Below, one piece after another: positions 10,901-23,690 of a stretch of 64,000 nt of DNA (its first letter is position 1; every line of letters starts with the position of its first letter). The position numbers and the translations under genes were made by a program. The notes under the pieces are model-generated. The model was not told the origin of the DNA, did no database searches, and worked only from the letters and a program-made list of their open reading frames with translations. The stretch covers positions 19,282,001 through 19,346,000 of the forward strand of contig NC_042999.1 of NCBI RefSeq assembly GCF_006345805.1, written 5' to 3'. This stretch comes from Octopus sinensis. Lineage: Eukaryota.

Positions 10901-12089
10901 TCAAAATGGTGTGAGGTCTACATCATGTACTGGGACCTTTAACAATAGACAATGACAGTAATTTTGAATTTTCACCATCATTAGGATTAATGAAGACCTT
11001 AATTCAGTGAAATCCAAATAACTGCATTTATTTATGATTAGAACAAATATGACTCCAACCATGTTTACTATTGTAGTTTCGTATATATATACAGACAGGG
11101 ACTTTAATCGTCCGAAAACTGTCTTTATATATATATTTGAAGACAGTTTTATATATATATATATATATTAATTTAGAGATAGTAGGCCCCTTCATCTCAC
11201 CATATAAAAAGGAATTTTTATTTTAAATACCTGCTGTTTTATAACTTGGCTACACGTGTTTCATGAGGTACATTCCCCGGTTCCTAAACCACTCCATGTT
11301 TTAATGGAACCCTTCTTAAAATGTAACACCAATCATTAGGCCCTTATATTACTTTATCATCGTTCAATACTATAAACTATATTTTAAAACCCTTATGTAT
11401 GTGTAAAATAGGTATGTTTTAATTAGGTTCGCTGGACCCTACATTACAAGATAAAAATTCAAATGAAAATTTACAAAAATAAAAATTACAAAAGTACTCA
11501 AACCTTCCTTCCCGTTACTTTAAACTATTATTTATTTAACATATTATCTAAAATAGTTAAGATGGGCCACGAAAGTACAAAAATGCCTCATGGGAATATT
11601 ACTTTTTTTTATTTCGTATTATTCCGTATTATTCCGCCCATTCAAATATATATATATATATATATATATACACAATTACTTACAACAAATAAAGGGTACT
11701 AAAGAGCATACAAGTTTATAAGCAATTATATTGACAGACGCTTTTCTGCAGAACTGTATAAAATTTGTTTAATAATGTATACACCGATCGGTGTAAGTTT
11801 ATAGGTATGTGAGTGCGAGTGCGCGCGCGCGCGTGTGTGTGTGTGCGCGTGTGTAAGTAATTTAACAATGTTTTACATTTATAATGAAAATATTTTAGTC
11901 CTCTCTTGTCAGTTTTTTAGTTTGGCAATAAATCTCAAGCAAAACGTAAGCACATCGTAAATATTTATGCCTGTATGGGATATATGTGCGCGCGTGTGTA
12001 TGCGGGTCTGTGTGTGCATGTATGTATACACACCCCACACATATATAGATAGATAGATATATACTTACATATATACATATATATCTACG

Positions 12090-12122
<33 letters not shown>

Positions 12123-12441
12123 ACATATGTACATTAAGGAGAGGAAGCGGATGGGTAGACGGAGGCAGAGGGAAAGAGATTCATGCATGAGTAATCATAG
12201 AATGAAGTCAATGGAGTAGAAGACAGCGCCTGTATATGTGGCGGTAAATAATATTAAAATTTGAAACCCAAATTCATTTTCGCCGTAAAACGGCAATAAA
12301 GCTATTGTTGACAGACAATGAGAAATAAAATTGAAAGATCACAACATGAATACATGCTTTCTCTGTGTCGCAAATGATATTTATTTGTAGATATATGTAT
12401 TGATATCCATACACACATATGTATATGAGTATAATCGTTTG

Positions 12442-12504
<63 letters not shown>

Positions 12505-12849
12505 CATGTACGTATGTATCTATTTGTATTTGTCCGAATATGTAGGCATACATATTAATATATGTGTGCCTATGTATGTAATTCTTTAAATATATTTCTT
12601 TGAGTATATAACTGTTTAAATACATTGCGAATACACACAAATGCTCATTTATTCAGTTATGTATTTGTCTGGATATATTTGTATATAAAGATTATACATA
12701 AATCTATTTTCCTATAAATATATGTACGTGTGTTTGTGTCGCTCTGTTTCAAATAGAAGAAAGAGCAATCATTCCAAAGTATAGATTCCATATTTTGTTT
12801 TGACGTTGTCCCAGTATATTCATAATCTCACATAGCGTGAAAACCTGAG

Positions 12850-13159
12850 TGAGAGTGTATTGAGCCTGCGCAGCTGGAGATTATCTGGTGCGTCTCTGAC
12901 GAAAGGAACCTCTGCTACGACAAGTTGCACAACAAGAAAACAGCAGGCCGGTTGCCTACAAACTATGTCGTGTTTCAGGTATCATGAAAACTAGCTACTA
13001 ACTATGTTGTGATGGTTTCTGGGTGTGTCTTCGAGTGATTTCATGTCATGCTACCCCACATCGTTGAAGAAGGCCTTTGGTATCATGCGGACAGATACGT
13101 AAAGCTTGCTTCTGAGGACTGTAGTCAAACGGTTGCTGGAGCTAGTTGCTGCTGGCAGA

Positions 13160-13165
<6 letters not shown>
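12850..13165 (+). mobile_element. maT transposase remnant, first D region
   Basis: WCVSDERNLCYDKLHNK..VMVSGCV..VMLPHIVEEGL..YVKL..TVVKRLLELVAAGRPY. Confidence 0.8.
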
Positions 13166-13199
<34 letters not shown>

Positions 13200-13249
13200 G
13201 TGTGTGTCTATGTGTGTGTGTCTGTGTGTATGTGTGTGTGTGTGTATGC

Positions 13250-13830
13250 AAAAATGAGACAAGAACGCAAAATATCCAGACAGACGATACAAGGAAAACA
13301 AGGACGGGTCATTTGGAGTTTTCTATCCTCGGTCGAGTTCCAGATTATCTTTGTAATTTCGGCTGGTTATACTCGAGATTGCTCCAATGTGGCTAGCCCC
13401 AAGGAAAAATAAGTTAAGAGCATTAGATTCCTTGGAATAAAGCAGCGAATTTATACGAAAACAAGGACGGAAAAAAAAGGTGTCTTTCGACTAAGGACGA
13501 ATTAAATTAAGCTAGCGTGTGTGGATGTAAAGCCTTACAGCAGGGACATAAAACTTAACAAGCACAGGGAGAAATATAGATGTTGCACGGATGGTAGTCG
13601 AACCAAGAAAAAAAAGGTCAGGCCTGGCCGAACACCGGTCACGTGGGGAGAGAAGAGAAAGAGAGAGAGGGGGGCAGAGAAGAATTAAGGATGGAGAGAA
13701 AAAATTAAAGAGACACAGTGAAGTGAAAGAGGAGGGAAAGTGAGCATGAAGAGAATGCCAGGAAATGTGAGAGAAGGGGAACAAAAGAACGAAGTGTCAA
13801 ATGAACGAAGTGTGAAAGAGCTGATGGAAC
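13250..13830 (-). mobile_element. Penelope-like terminus fragment inserted in the maT remnant, with a degenerate HHR
   Basis: Minus strand ctgctgtaaggct..agtcgaaagac resembles CTGATGAAGGCT..AGCCGAAA; bounded by microsatellite and purine-rich tract. Confidence 0.4.
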
Positions 13831-13837
13831 AGTTGGC

Positions 13838-14015
13838 TTCTTTCTCAGTTGTGTGGGACACGACTGAGAAAGAAACCAACTGTTCTACTTGCAACACCAA
13901 GGCTGAGCTGATGAACAAGAACAAAGATGTGTTCGGTATTCTTGCCAGGAATACAATGCATGCGTTTGGTTTCGGGGCCGTCTGGAGGCCGTAGTGGAAG
14001 CTGAAGCCGGCCTAA
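13838..14015 (+). mobile_element. maT transposase C-terminal remnant
   Basis: VVWDTTEKETNCSTCNTKAELMNK..CVWFRGRLEAVVEAEAG. Confidence 0.85.
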
Positions 14016-14085
14016 TTTTGAAAGGATATTTTAATTTTAACACAGCTTTTGATACTTCTTGAATGTCGAACAGATTGTGAAATGA

Positions 14086-14312
14086 TATCCTTTGCTAACT
14101 TAGTCATGGGATATCTAGAAATTAGTCTTTATTACAAGGTCTAGAAAAATACGGCAGCCCATTATCCCTCTACATAGAAAATAACTGGAAAAGATACCTG
14201 GATGACTATTTCATTCTTTGGTATGAATGTATAGAGACATAAAGAATTCCAATCATTTATAAATGGACTTGACGTAAACATTCAATTCACGATGGAATAT
14301 AACCATCAACAA
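14086..14312 (+). mobile_element. Penelope RT fragment (YxDD region)
   Basis: FANLVMGYLE..NNWKRYLDDYFILW..FQSFINGLDVNIQFTMEY with frameshifts. Confidence 0.85.
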
Positions 14313-15632
14313 GAGCAATGTGTCATGTTATTGCATGTAATGACTGTTAAATCAGTGATCCCAAAATCTCTGTGATTGAGTGAAGAACTAGCTCTACATT
14401 AGCATGCTCAATGTTTCCTTGCGCTGTATTCTTGCTTTGATACATGAGCAACAGCTGGAGATAAAATACAATAGAACTTGATTTGTTTGAAATAAACTGT
14501 GAAACAGTAATTGTATTTTCACTGATTGATAGTGTTCTCTTAATGCAATCAGAACTCATTTTGAAAGCGGTCGGATTATTTTTCAAATCAGAAAGCTGTG
14601 TGTGTCAAGGGATTTAGTCACTGACATGGGTTTTGCTGTTGGTTGAATTAAGAAAAATTAGCGCTTCTCTCAATAACCTCAGACACTAAAATGTCAAAAG
14701 AACAGTGGAAATTTAACGGTATATATATAATGCTACGACATATGTCGCTGGTAAATGCAGTATAGCATTAAGCTAAGTCGATAAAGTAATGAAATAGCTA
14801 ATGAAACATTTCACAGATGTTTCTTGTCTTTAGGCTTTGCAATAACATACGTTAATTGAAATCGTTTGATTTCAACCGGTTTAACTGATTTCTAGCAACT
14901 TCACAGACAGGTTTATTTTGCGACAATAAGTAACATAAGGTGTCAAAATATCTGCATAGAACATTCTATTTTGTTGTACTACTTGGTAGAAATAGCAACA
15001 ATATTTCTCTGAAATCACGTTCTATCGTCTTAAAAGAGGAGGTAGCTCTAAAACCTTTGAACTAAAGAAACGTATTTATTCATGGCTGGGCTACATTTGA
15101 TAGTTATCCGGTCAATTGACATATTAAGGTTAAACAGCAACAATAAAACTAACAAGAAAATAACAATTCATTTTGAGAGAAAATCCCACTCATTTAATCT
15201 TAATCCTAAACAACCAAGTAATATATTTGGAGAAGCGAGATAAAAAAAAAATAATGAATTATATAATTTATTCATTGAATTCAAGTGGGCAACGAACCGA
15301 CAAATAACGATTGTGTTTTAGTTTTGGCCAGAGTTTATTTTTTCCGTGCACCCCACAGAAAAAAAGAAATGAAAATGAATATTGCTGTCTCAAATACAAA
15401 AAACTATGTGATGAAAGGAAAAAGATAAAAGTCGAAGAAACTGAAGGAAAGATAATAAAAGTAGTGACTGATCCACTAAAACTTTCAGTCAGTATAATAG
15501 CTATACACTACTGTCAACCTAATTCGATTTATTGAATTCTGTTCCTTCTCCCCACTTGAAACTACTTATTTTCGGAGTGATTAAGCAATGTTACAAAACC
15601 GTTTAGCCAGTAAAAGTCAATTCTCCAATTTG

Positions 15633-16620
15633 ATTCTTTATTACCCACTAGGGGCGACACAGAGGAGGACACCAAAAGACATGGGGACATAGAACATTAT
15701 AATTAAAATTTATGAAAATGAATTGTTAAACGAAAGAAATGATAAAATGAAAGCGATACCAACGGCCCCGTCCGTTAGCATCACTTACCTGTCCTTTGAT
15801 TTTCATAGTCACTTGAATGTTCTTTGCCAATACGAATAAATTCCATATCCATTCTTACTCCGAAATACTCATCCATATTTTCCACGAATTCATCGCTCAT
15901 TCTTATATCATTCACCTCCCAATTCTCCCTTTCACACCTCACCATAAACTCACCTATGTTCTTCTTTTCAATCACAGCATACCTAGTCTCACCAACATCA
16001 TACCATTTATACTCTTCCATTAGACTTTTAACTTCTTTCTGTTCAGTCATAGTACAAATGTACGGCCTGATATCGATTTCAATCTCTTGTGTGTTGTGTA
16101 TTCTTTTTTTCTTTTGTTTTCTTGTTGGGGGGGAGCGGGTGGGTTCAATGTCTGCATGGATAGGGTGGGACTCAGAGGGCGTGGGTGGTTTTGGGGTGGA
16201 TTGGAGTTGCATATATTTTCTTTTCCACGTATTCTTCTCTTCCTCTTATTTCCAGCTTCCTTCCATTTCTGTGTATTCTCTTCCTCTTCTACTGTCTCCT
16301 TCTCCTCTGGTTTCTGCTTTTCTCTCTCTGGTTCGGAATCCATTTCTTTCCCTGGGGGAGGGCAGAAGGCTCTTATGTGACCCCTCAGGCCACACTTGTA
16401 ACAACGTGGAGCCCTGCCCTCCACCCACACTCTCATGATCACGTCTCCCAATCTGATGCTTTCCGCCAGGTCCACCAGTACCTCGGTCTCTGCCTGTACG
16501 TTCAGCTCCACTGTTACACCTCTCCAGCCCTCGGACTTAACCGAGGCATGGAGAATATCTACTTCCTCCTCGTGGCCGCTGATCACAGCCGCCACAATCC
16601 ACTCTGCCTCCACGTTTGGT
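15633..16620 (-). mobile_element. ORF1-only L1/Tx1-type element, 5'-truncated copy (frameshifted)
   Basis: Near-identical to 16621-17615; 1-nt deletion near 16210 shifts the frame; ends in the same tail. Confidence 0.9.
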
Positions 16621-17958
16621 GATTCTTTATTACCCACTAGGGGCGACACAGAGGGGGACACCAAGAGACATGGGGACATAGAACATTATAATTAAAATTT
16701 ATGAAAATGAATTGTTAAACGAAAAAATGATAAAATGAAAGCGATACCAACGGCCCCGTCCGTCAGCATCACTTACCTGTCCTTTGTTTTTCATAGTCAC
16801 TTGAATGTTCTTTGCCAATACGAATAAATTCCATATCCATTCTTACTCCGAAATACTCATCCATATTTTCCACGAATTCATCGCTCATTCTTATATCTTT
16901 CCCCTCCCAATTCTCCCTTTCACACCTCACCATAAACTCACCTATGTTCTTCTTTTCAATCACAGCATACCTAGTCTCACCAACATCATACCATTTATAC
17001 TCTTCCATTAGACTTTTAACTTCTTTCTGTTCAGTCATAGTACAAATGTACGGCCTGATATCGATTTCAATCTCTTGTGTGTTTGTATTATTATTTTTTT
17101 TCTTTTGTTTTCTTGTTGGGGGGGAGCGGGTGGGTTCAATGTCTGCACGGATAGGGTGGGACTCAGAGGGCGTGGGTGGTTTTGGGGTGGATTGGAGTTC
17201 CATATTATTTTCTTTTCCACGTATTCTTCTCTTCCTCTTATTTCCAGCTTCCTTCCATTTCTGTGTATTCTCTTCCTCTTCTACTGTCTCCTTCTCCTCT
17301 GGTTTCTGCTTCTCTCTCTGTGGTTCGGAATCCATTTCTTTCCCTGGGGGAGGGCAGAAGGCTCTTATGTGACCCCTCAGGCCACACTTGTAACAACGTG
17401 GAGCCCTGCCCTCCACCCACACTCTCATGATCACGTCTCCCAATCTGATGCTTTCCGCCAGGTCCACCAGTACCTCGGTCTCTGCCTGTACGTTCAGCTC
17501 CACTGTTACACCTCTCCAGCCCTCGGACTTAACCGAGGCATGGAGAATATCTACTTCCTCCTCGTGGCCGCTGATCACAGCCGCCACAATCCACTCTGCC
17601 TCCACGTTTGGTGGCACTCCCTCCACCCTTATTCGTGTAATCCTTCTGTTTAAATACGTAGGTAACAGTGTTACCTTTTCTGACTTCACCGCCTTCGCCG
17701 CCATCTTCCTCGCTGCAGATTCACTTTTAAAATGTACCACTACGGTTCCGTACTTGGATCCTCGAGTCAGAAAATTAATTTCCTCCTCAGTTCTTCGCAG
17801 GGCTTCCTCTATCCATTCCATGGTTACAACTTCTACCCTCTTCCTTTCGTTTGCGAACACCCTGTAAATAATGGTCCTCTTATCATACCATTCTTTTCTC
17901 CTGGGTGTCGGTGATAGTTCCACCTCACCGCTTTCCTTTTTCATGTATTTCTGGTAAC
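16621..17958 (-). mobile_element. ORF1-only (HAL1-like) L1/Tx1-type element, longer copy
   Basis: ORF1 followed after 148 nt by a SINE-B-like tail; no ORF2; 16-bp TSD tcaattctccaatttg at 15617-15632 and 17959-17974 brackets both copies. Confidence 0.85.
16769..17944 (-). CDS. L1/Tx1-like ORF1p (RRM-like region plus CCHC zinc knuckle), 391 aa
   Basis: Open frame from MKKESGEVEL; CYKCGLRGHIRAFC = C-x2-C-x4-H-x4-C; RITRIRVEGVPP and VWVEGRAPRC typical of Tx1/L1 ORF1. Confidence 0.85.
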   Translation of the reverse strand: MKKESGEVELSPTPRRKEWYDKRTIIYRVFANERKRVEVVTMEWIEEALRRTEEEINFLTRGSKYGTVVVHFKSESAARKMAAKAVKSEKVTLLPTYLNRRITRIRVEGVPPNVEAEWIVAAVISGHEEEVDILHASVKSEGWRGVTVELNVQAETEVLVDLAESIRLGDVIMRVWVEGRAPRCYKCGLRGHIRAFCPPPGKEMDSEPQREKQKPEEKETVEEEENTQKWKEAGNKRKRRIRGKENNMELQSTPKPPTPSESHPIRADIEPTRSPPTRKQKKKNNNTNTQEIEIDIRPYICTMTEQKEVKSLMEEYKWYDVGETRYAVIEKKNIGEFMVRCERENWEGKDIRMSDEFVENMDEYFGVRMDMEFIRIGKEHSSDYEKQRTGK

Positions 17959-18120
17959 TCAATTCTCCAATTTGTAAAGTAAATATATTTATTTTCAATT
18001 TAAATATTTGTTGAGATACAACAACTGGTAAATTGCAAAAACGAAAAAAATTGAAATTCTTTGTTATGCATATATGAGCATTTTAACTACGAAATTTCAT
18101 TAAAATTACACTATAATACT

Positions 18121-18446
18121 GGTGAGGTGCATGGCTCAGTGGTTAGAGCATCGAGATTACGAACGTGAGGTTGTGAGCTCGAATCCTGGACCAGAGCTGC
18201 GTGTTGTGTTCTTGAGCAAGACACTTTACTTTACGTTGCTCCAGTTCACTCAGCTGTAGAAATGAATTGCGACGTCATAGGTGCCAAGTTGTATCGGCCC
18301 CTTTGCATTTCCCTTGGATAACACTGGTGGCGTGGAGACGGGAAACTGCTGGTCTTCCATAAACAACCTTGCTCGGACTTGTGCCTGGGAAAGTAACTTT
18401 CTAAGTGCAATCCCATGGTCTGTGTCGTGACCGAAAGGGGTCTCAG
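18121..18446 (+). mobile_element. SINE family C (tRNA head, cttgagcaagacactt core)
   Basis: tggctcagtggttagagc..gagctcgaatcc; homologous to 34163-34468. Confidence 0.85.
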
Positions 18447-19309
18447 AAATATTATTAAAAAAAAAAACGTCCATTTAGCATTCATCGTCAGCTACTAATA
18501 CTACTAAAATATAAACAAATATTCGCCAAAGTGTTTTGTGTGGTTACTCGACCTCCTAGAAATAGAAAAGAGGTTTACTTGAAATCAGCCAAACAGACGA
18601 ATGAAAATAGAACCCTGCCTCCGAAAGATATTTAAGGCAAAGACATCTAAGTAATTTTAAATATTGCACACTGTACATACTGAATTTTTAAAGTACGTAT
18701 GAAATGAAATGTTAAAATAAACGTTGTTTAATTAAACAATAGTATTTTTGATTTTGGAAAAAGGCCAGGAATTTTCAGAGCAGGAGGCAATTCGATTACA
18801 TCTATACTAGTGCTTGACTGCTCATTTATTTTACAATATTAAAAAATTATTTATTATTAAATCTACGCTGGAAAAAGCAACCAACTTCAATAATTTACAT
18901 TACAGAATTGAAAAAGTTCCTAACAGCATATTTTTTTTCTGAAAAGCGAATTTTGAGGCAAATCTATAATTCTTTCAAAGACTCTTTGTGTTTGAAATGG
19001 ACATATTTTATATTAAAGGTAGCATTTTAAAAGAACGAAATTTAAATTAAATATTTTACTAGTTTGCCACCAGCTATGCGATGAATACCGAACTGGTTTT
19101 AATAAAGGTAGCGTCCCAAATTTTATATATACAAGCATGTATGTTGTATGTATATTCATACAATTGTATGAATATATATGTATATATAAATATATAAGCA
19201 CACACATACATACATACACACATACATACATACATACATACATACATACACACATACATACATACATACATACATACATACACACATACATACATGTGTG
19301 CGTAAGGTA

Positions 19310-19962
19310 TTTGAGGACATACCTTTTTCGGGTCATTGCTGCCTTTTTTGCTAGCTTTGTATAATCTTTGTTTCAGAAAATAATAATGGGAGACCCTCAA
19401 CTTACTTAAAAAATAAAGAGGCATGCAGTTATTGTGGTTAAAAAGGCTGAGCATAGCGATTTAGAAATATCTCAATTTTAAAAATTTGCCAGATCTTTCG
19501 CCTACAAAGTTTGTAAGCAGCTAGAGACTGAAGATGGAAATGTCTCACCAGTATCCAAGCATAAAAAGCATTCTAAACGCTCTGAGATTATCCACCAAGT
19601 TCAACAGCCCATTGATTACAATCCCAGATAGTCCATGTGGTCAATTGCCAAAGATATCCATGTGTCAGAAGGAACAGTCAGAAATGTTGTCCACGAAGAC
19701 ATTATATATAAATCTTATATGATGATGAGGAAAGGTCAATTTGTCAGAAAAAGCGAAAGAAAATCACTACATCAGATCTAAAAGGCTCTTAAACAAATTG
19801 AAAAGTCCAGCAGATTTGATTTGGTTTTTCTCAAACGAGAAAAACTTCAACCAAGATCAAAAAAGTTAACAGAAGAAATGACAAATAGTTATGTGCGGAC
19901 CCTTCTGAAGTTCCAAATGTTATGCATACAAAATTTCCTGCAGCTGTCATGGTTTTAGGGGC
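19310..19962 (+). mobile_element. maT transposase N-terminal remnant
   Basis: ATG at 19386; SIAKDIHVSEGTVRNVVHEDI.YKSY..WFFSNEKNFNQDQK..HTKFPAAVMVLG with stops and frameshifts. Confidence 0.88.
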
Positions 19963-19964
19963 CC

Positions 19965-20095
19965 TTTGAAATGCAGGTACTACTCTTTTTTGCCAGCTGA
20001 GTGTACTGGAGAAATGTGAAATAAAGTGTCTTGCTCAGGGACACAACGCGCCGCAAAGATCGAACTCACGGCTTTACGATCGTAGGTTGAATACA
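19965..20095 (-). mobile_element. SINE family C, partial
   Basis: aagtgtcttgctcagggacacaac..gatcgaactcac. Confidence 0.7.
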
Positions 20096-21258
20096 CTTTA
20101 TATTTACATACATACATATATACATACAGACAGACAAATAGACTGATATGAAACATTCAGAGAGTCAGAAAAAAGACATAGATAGGTATAGATATATTTT
20201 TATCCACGTGTATGCATATGTTAGTGTCCGTAAGTATGTAATAAAGTTCTAAGTAAGTAGCTTAACGATTATTATTACTTTGACATTAGGGTCAGGTTAA
20301 TTTATACATCCCTATACAAAGATGGGTGCAGCGACTAATAAATATTTCGAATTTTGGTCAGTTTTGGCAAATCAATTGTTCAGAAAATATTTCGGTAATT
20401 ATTACTGAAAGAAAGTTACAGTTTCTACTTTTGTCTGTGATTGAAAACTACATTCTATGTAAATCATATTAATATAGATCGGTGCACAGGAGTGCCATAT
20501 TGCACAAAAGAATGTAGGACGATGTAATATGAAATAGTATAATAAAATGTAAAGTGCTATGCAGTAATGTAATAAAGTCAAATAATATGACATACAGGAA
20601 TGTAATATTACAAAGAGTTTAATGGTAAGCAAAGCCTGAAAGGTGGTAGTTAGTCTAACAGTTTACAGTTTACGGTTATAATTGCGAGTTTCAGAAATAT
20701 AAAAACACAACAAGAAATGTAAATAGATACACATGCGGGAACACAAATCCAAATTATTATATTCATCGATATAAAATAAGAAAGCAAATATGAAGATAGA
20801 CTAACTGAATGATGCTGTGCTGTGATATAACATAATGCAATGTACATTGTAAATTGAAAGCATTGCACAGAAATTTACAGAAAGGGTACACGTCATTGGT
20901 CAATGTACGGTAATGCAAGGCCCATATTGACCAAGTCATTCTGTAAATGATTATGGCATGAAATATGGAAGTTTGGCCTCACCCTTCTTACTCTTTTGAC
21001 CTTCTTTCATCTATCATATTTTCAGATCATTGCAATATTATTTAAAGGGGAAAAGTGTTTGTTGAATGCAAAAAGTCTAAAACTTATATTGGGTGGTCCT
21101 TTTCTTTGTAATCTGAATGATTTTATAACAGAGGGGTCAACAATTAGTCATATATATTGTGTTATTGAAAATGAGTTGAAATATTACCTTGATTATATGT
21201 CTGTATGCGTGTTTGTCTGTCTGACTGTCTGTATTTTCGTATGTATGTATATTTGTAT

Positions 21259-21706
21259 ACTCTTTTACTCTTTTACTTGTTTCAGTCACGTGACTGCGGC
21301 CATGCTGGAACACCGCCATTAGTCAAATAAATAGATTCCAGGACTTATTCTTTGTAAGCCTAGAACTCATCCTATCGGTCTCTTTTGCCGAACTGCTAGC
21401 TTACGGTGACGTAAACACACCAGCATCGGTTGTCAAGTGATGGTTGGTGGGGGGACAAACACAAGCATACATACATATTCACACACGTACACACACACAA
21501 ACACATACACACACTCACACACACACATATATATATAAATATACGAAGGGCTTCTTTCATTTTCCGTCTACCAAATACACCCACAAGACTTTTGTTGGCC
21601 CGAAGCTATAGTAAAAGACACTTGCCCAAGGTGCCTTGCAGTGAAACTGAACCCAGAATCATATGTTTGGTAAGCAAGCTACTTACCACACAGCCACTCC
21701 TGCGCC
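21259..21706 (-). mobile_element. SINE family A
   Basis: Full reverse copy. Confidence 0.9.
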
Positions 21707-21783
21707 TATCCGCAAAAATTATATTTCGAACGATGTTTTGCATGATAAAATTATGTGCTTATGAATATGTAAAACTATAATTA

Positions 21784-22626
21784 TACGAGGTCTGATCAAT
21801 AAGTACCCGGACTGTTATCATAATAACGACGCTAAAGCACGCAGATTGAAGCCACTTGGCACAGAGGGACTTTAAACACTGCTGTGAATGCGCACTAAGT
21901 TTTAACGTCCCCACTCACTTCAGCTGTTTATAGTAGTTATTTGAATGAAGGCGTGTAGCAAGTGATCCTCGCATTGACCTTAACAGAGAAAGTTGAGCAG
22001 AGAATCTGCATCGAATTTTGCCAAAAGCTTGGCGATACCTGCTCAGAGGCCAACCCAATGTTTTTAAATAATTTTCATTGTTGTCGACACAATCAAGATC
22101 TTATACAATTGAAACCCGTGTATCTTAAAGGTCAGCTGAAAGCAGTTTGGGCACAAACTTGGCAGAAGCGGGTCTCATACCCAAATCTTCTGTGAGAATG
22201 GACTGAACTAAACCGTAACTAATCTGCACATCTAATAACTCCTGGATGGTGATTCGACGATTTCCCTTACAGCTGCACGCATATCTGCGGTGTTTTTCTC
22301 AGTTCTATTGGTTGGAAAAGTCTGAACCACTCGTACACTTATGCGCGATCCATGCACTCCTCTCCATACACTTTCTGCAAATTTGCGTCGGCCTCTGGGC
22401 AGGTATCCTCATAACAACTTTCTCTGTTATGGTCATTGCGACAATCACACGCTACACACCTTTCTTCCAAGCATTGCTGTAAACAGCGGAAATAAGTTAA
22501 AATGTTAAAACTTAGTGCGCATGCACAGCAGAGTTTAAGGTCAATCTGCCTCAAGCGTCTTTACTCTGTGTGCTTTAGCTTCATTACTTTGGCAACAGTC
22601 CAGATACTAATTGATCAGACCTCGCA
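21784..22626. mobile_element. Mariner derivative made of two opposed 5' ends
   Basis: TIR cgaggtctgatcaat at both ends; + arm EKVEQRICIEFCQKLGDTCSEA; - arm DTCPEA..KVYGEECMDRA.VYEWFR..ENRRITIQEL..TEDLGMR..AKFVPKLLSAD. Confidence 0.85.
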
Positions 22627-23029
22627 TATTCCTATTTTAATTGAAGCGACTAATCTTTTGTGCACACCCCAGCTTTTGTGCTCATAGTAATTCCCTTGTT
22701 TGTGTAACGTCTGTACGCTTCTACCTTAGAGAAATCAATGACGTGATGTATATTGCAGTTACCATTAATATACTTGGAACTTATTAAAAGTAGCATTAGG
22801 TCATCTGACAAACCATTCTGGGATTTTGGTCTGGCTTTTTGCATCTCAGGTTACCTTTACCTTCCTTCTGGAAGCTATGAAATAAGTACCAGCCAAGTAA
22901 TGAAATGAATTTAGTGGATTAAGCCAATTAACAAATTCCTTGTTTTGTTCCTGTGTTAAAAACCATATTTTGGAAGAAATGTTTCAAAGACAGGCTAAAT
23001 GTATTGTTCAATATTAACTTAGCACCATT

Positions 23030-23155
23030 TCACCGAGGTCAACTTTGCCTTTTACCCTTTCGGGATCGATAAATTAAGTACTGGGGTCGATCTAATCGAC
23101 TGGTCTCCTCCCTCAAAATTTCAGGCCTTGTGCCTAGAGTAGAAAAGAATATTAA
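23030..23155 (+). mobile_element. SINE B partial (B2 tail)
   Basis: Core plus ggccttgtgcctagagtagaaaagaatatt tail. Confidence 0.8.
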
Positions 23156-23299
23156 CTTAACACCATTTACCACTCAGATTCAAAATCGTCACGTTTGTGT
23201 AGATCATTTTTGCATTCTTCATATTTCCTCTAAAAAGAAGAAAATAACTAAAATAAAATACTGACTATTTACTGGCGTATATGTTTAAATTACAAACCA

Positions 23300-23690
23300 T
23301 CCATCCATTCATCTTCTCTTACCACTATTCCTGGAGGGGTCTTCGGAGAAGGGTCATCAGACACCTCCTCCATAAGGTTGCATTAGAAACAGCTGTCATT
23401 ATACTTTCCGAATGGAAAGTTTCGTTATACTTTCCCGAGCGTGACCATTTCCCACTACGGATATTATCCAGTCGTCTCGTCCTCAAAGACTCCTAGCTTT
23501 TGATTCGGAAGGAATCTATTTGGCAATTATGTTCATAGAACCGAAGCTGTAACCTCTCAATGCAGAGAAGAAACAGTTCAACCTAGAGAGTCTCACTGAT
23601 ATGCAAACTACAACCAGGAACCCCATTTCGGCCACTTGTGTTCGCGATCGTACTCCTTGGGTCATTTCCCAACATCCGTTGTTATAGATT
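23300..23690 (-). mobile_element. Degenerate RTE LINE 3' fragment
   Basis: MTQGVRSRTQVAEMGFL resembles the RTE motif MTERVRSRIQAAEMGFL. Confidence 0.55.

Noticed and set aside
17945-17998. N-terminal 18 aa of the 409-aa ORF in the track
   Set aside because: Most of it lies in the TSD and flank beyond 17958, outside the element; the ATG at 17944 was used instead.
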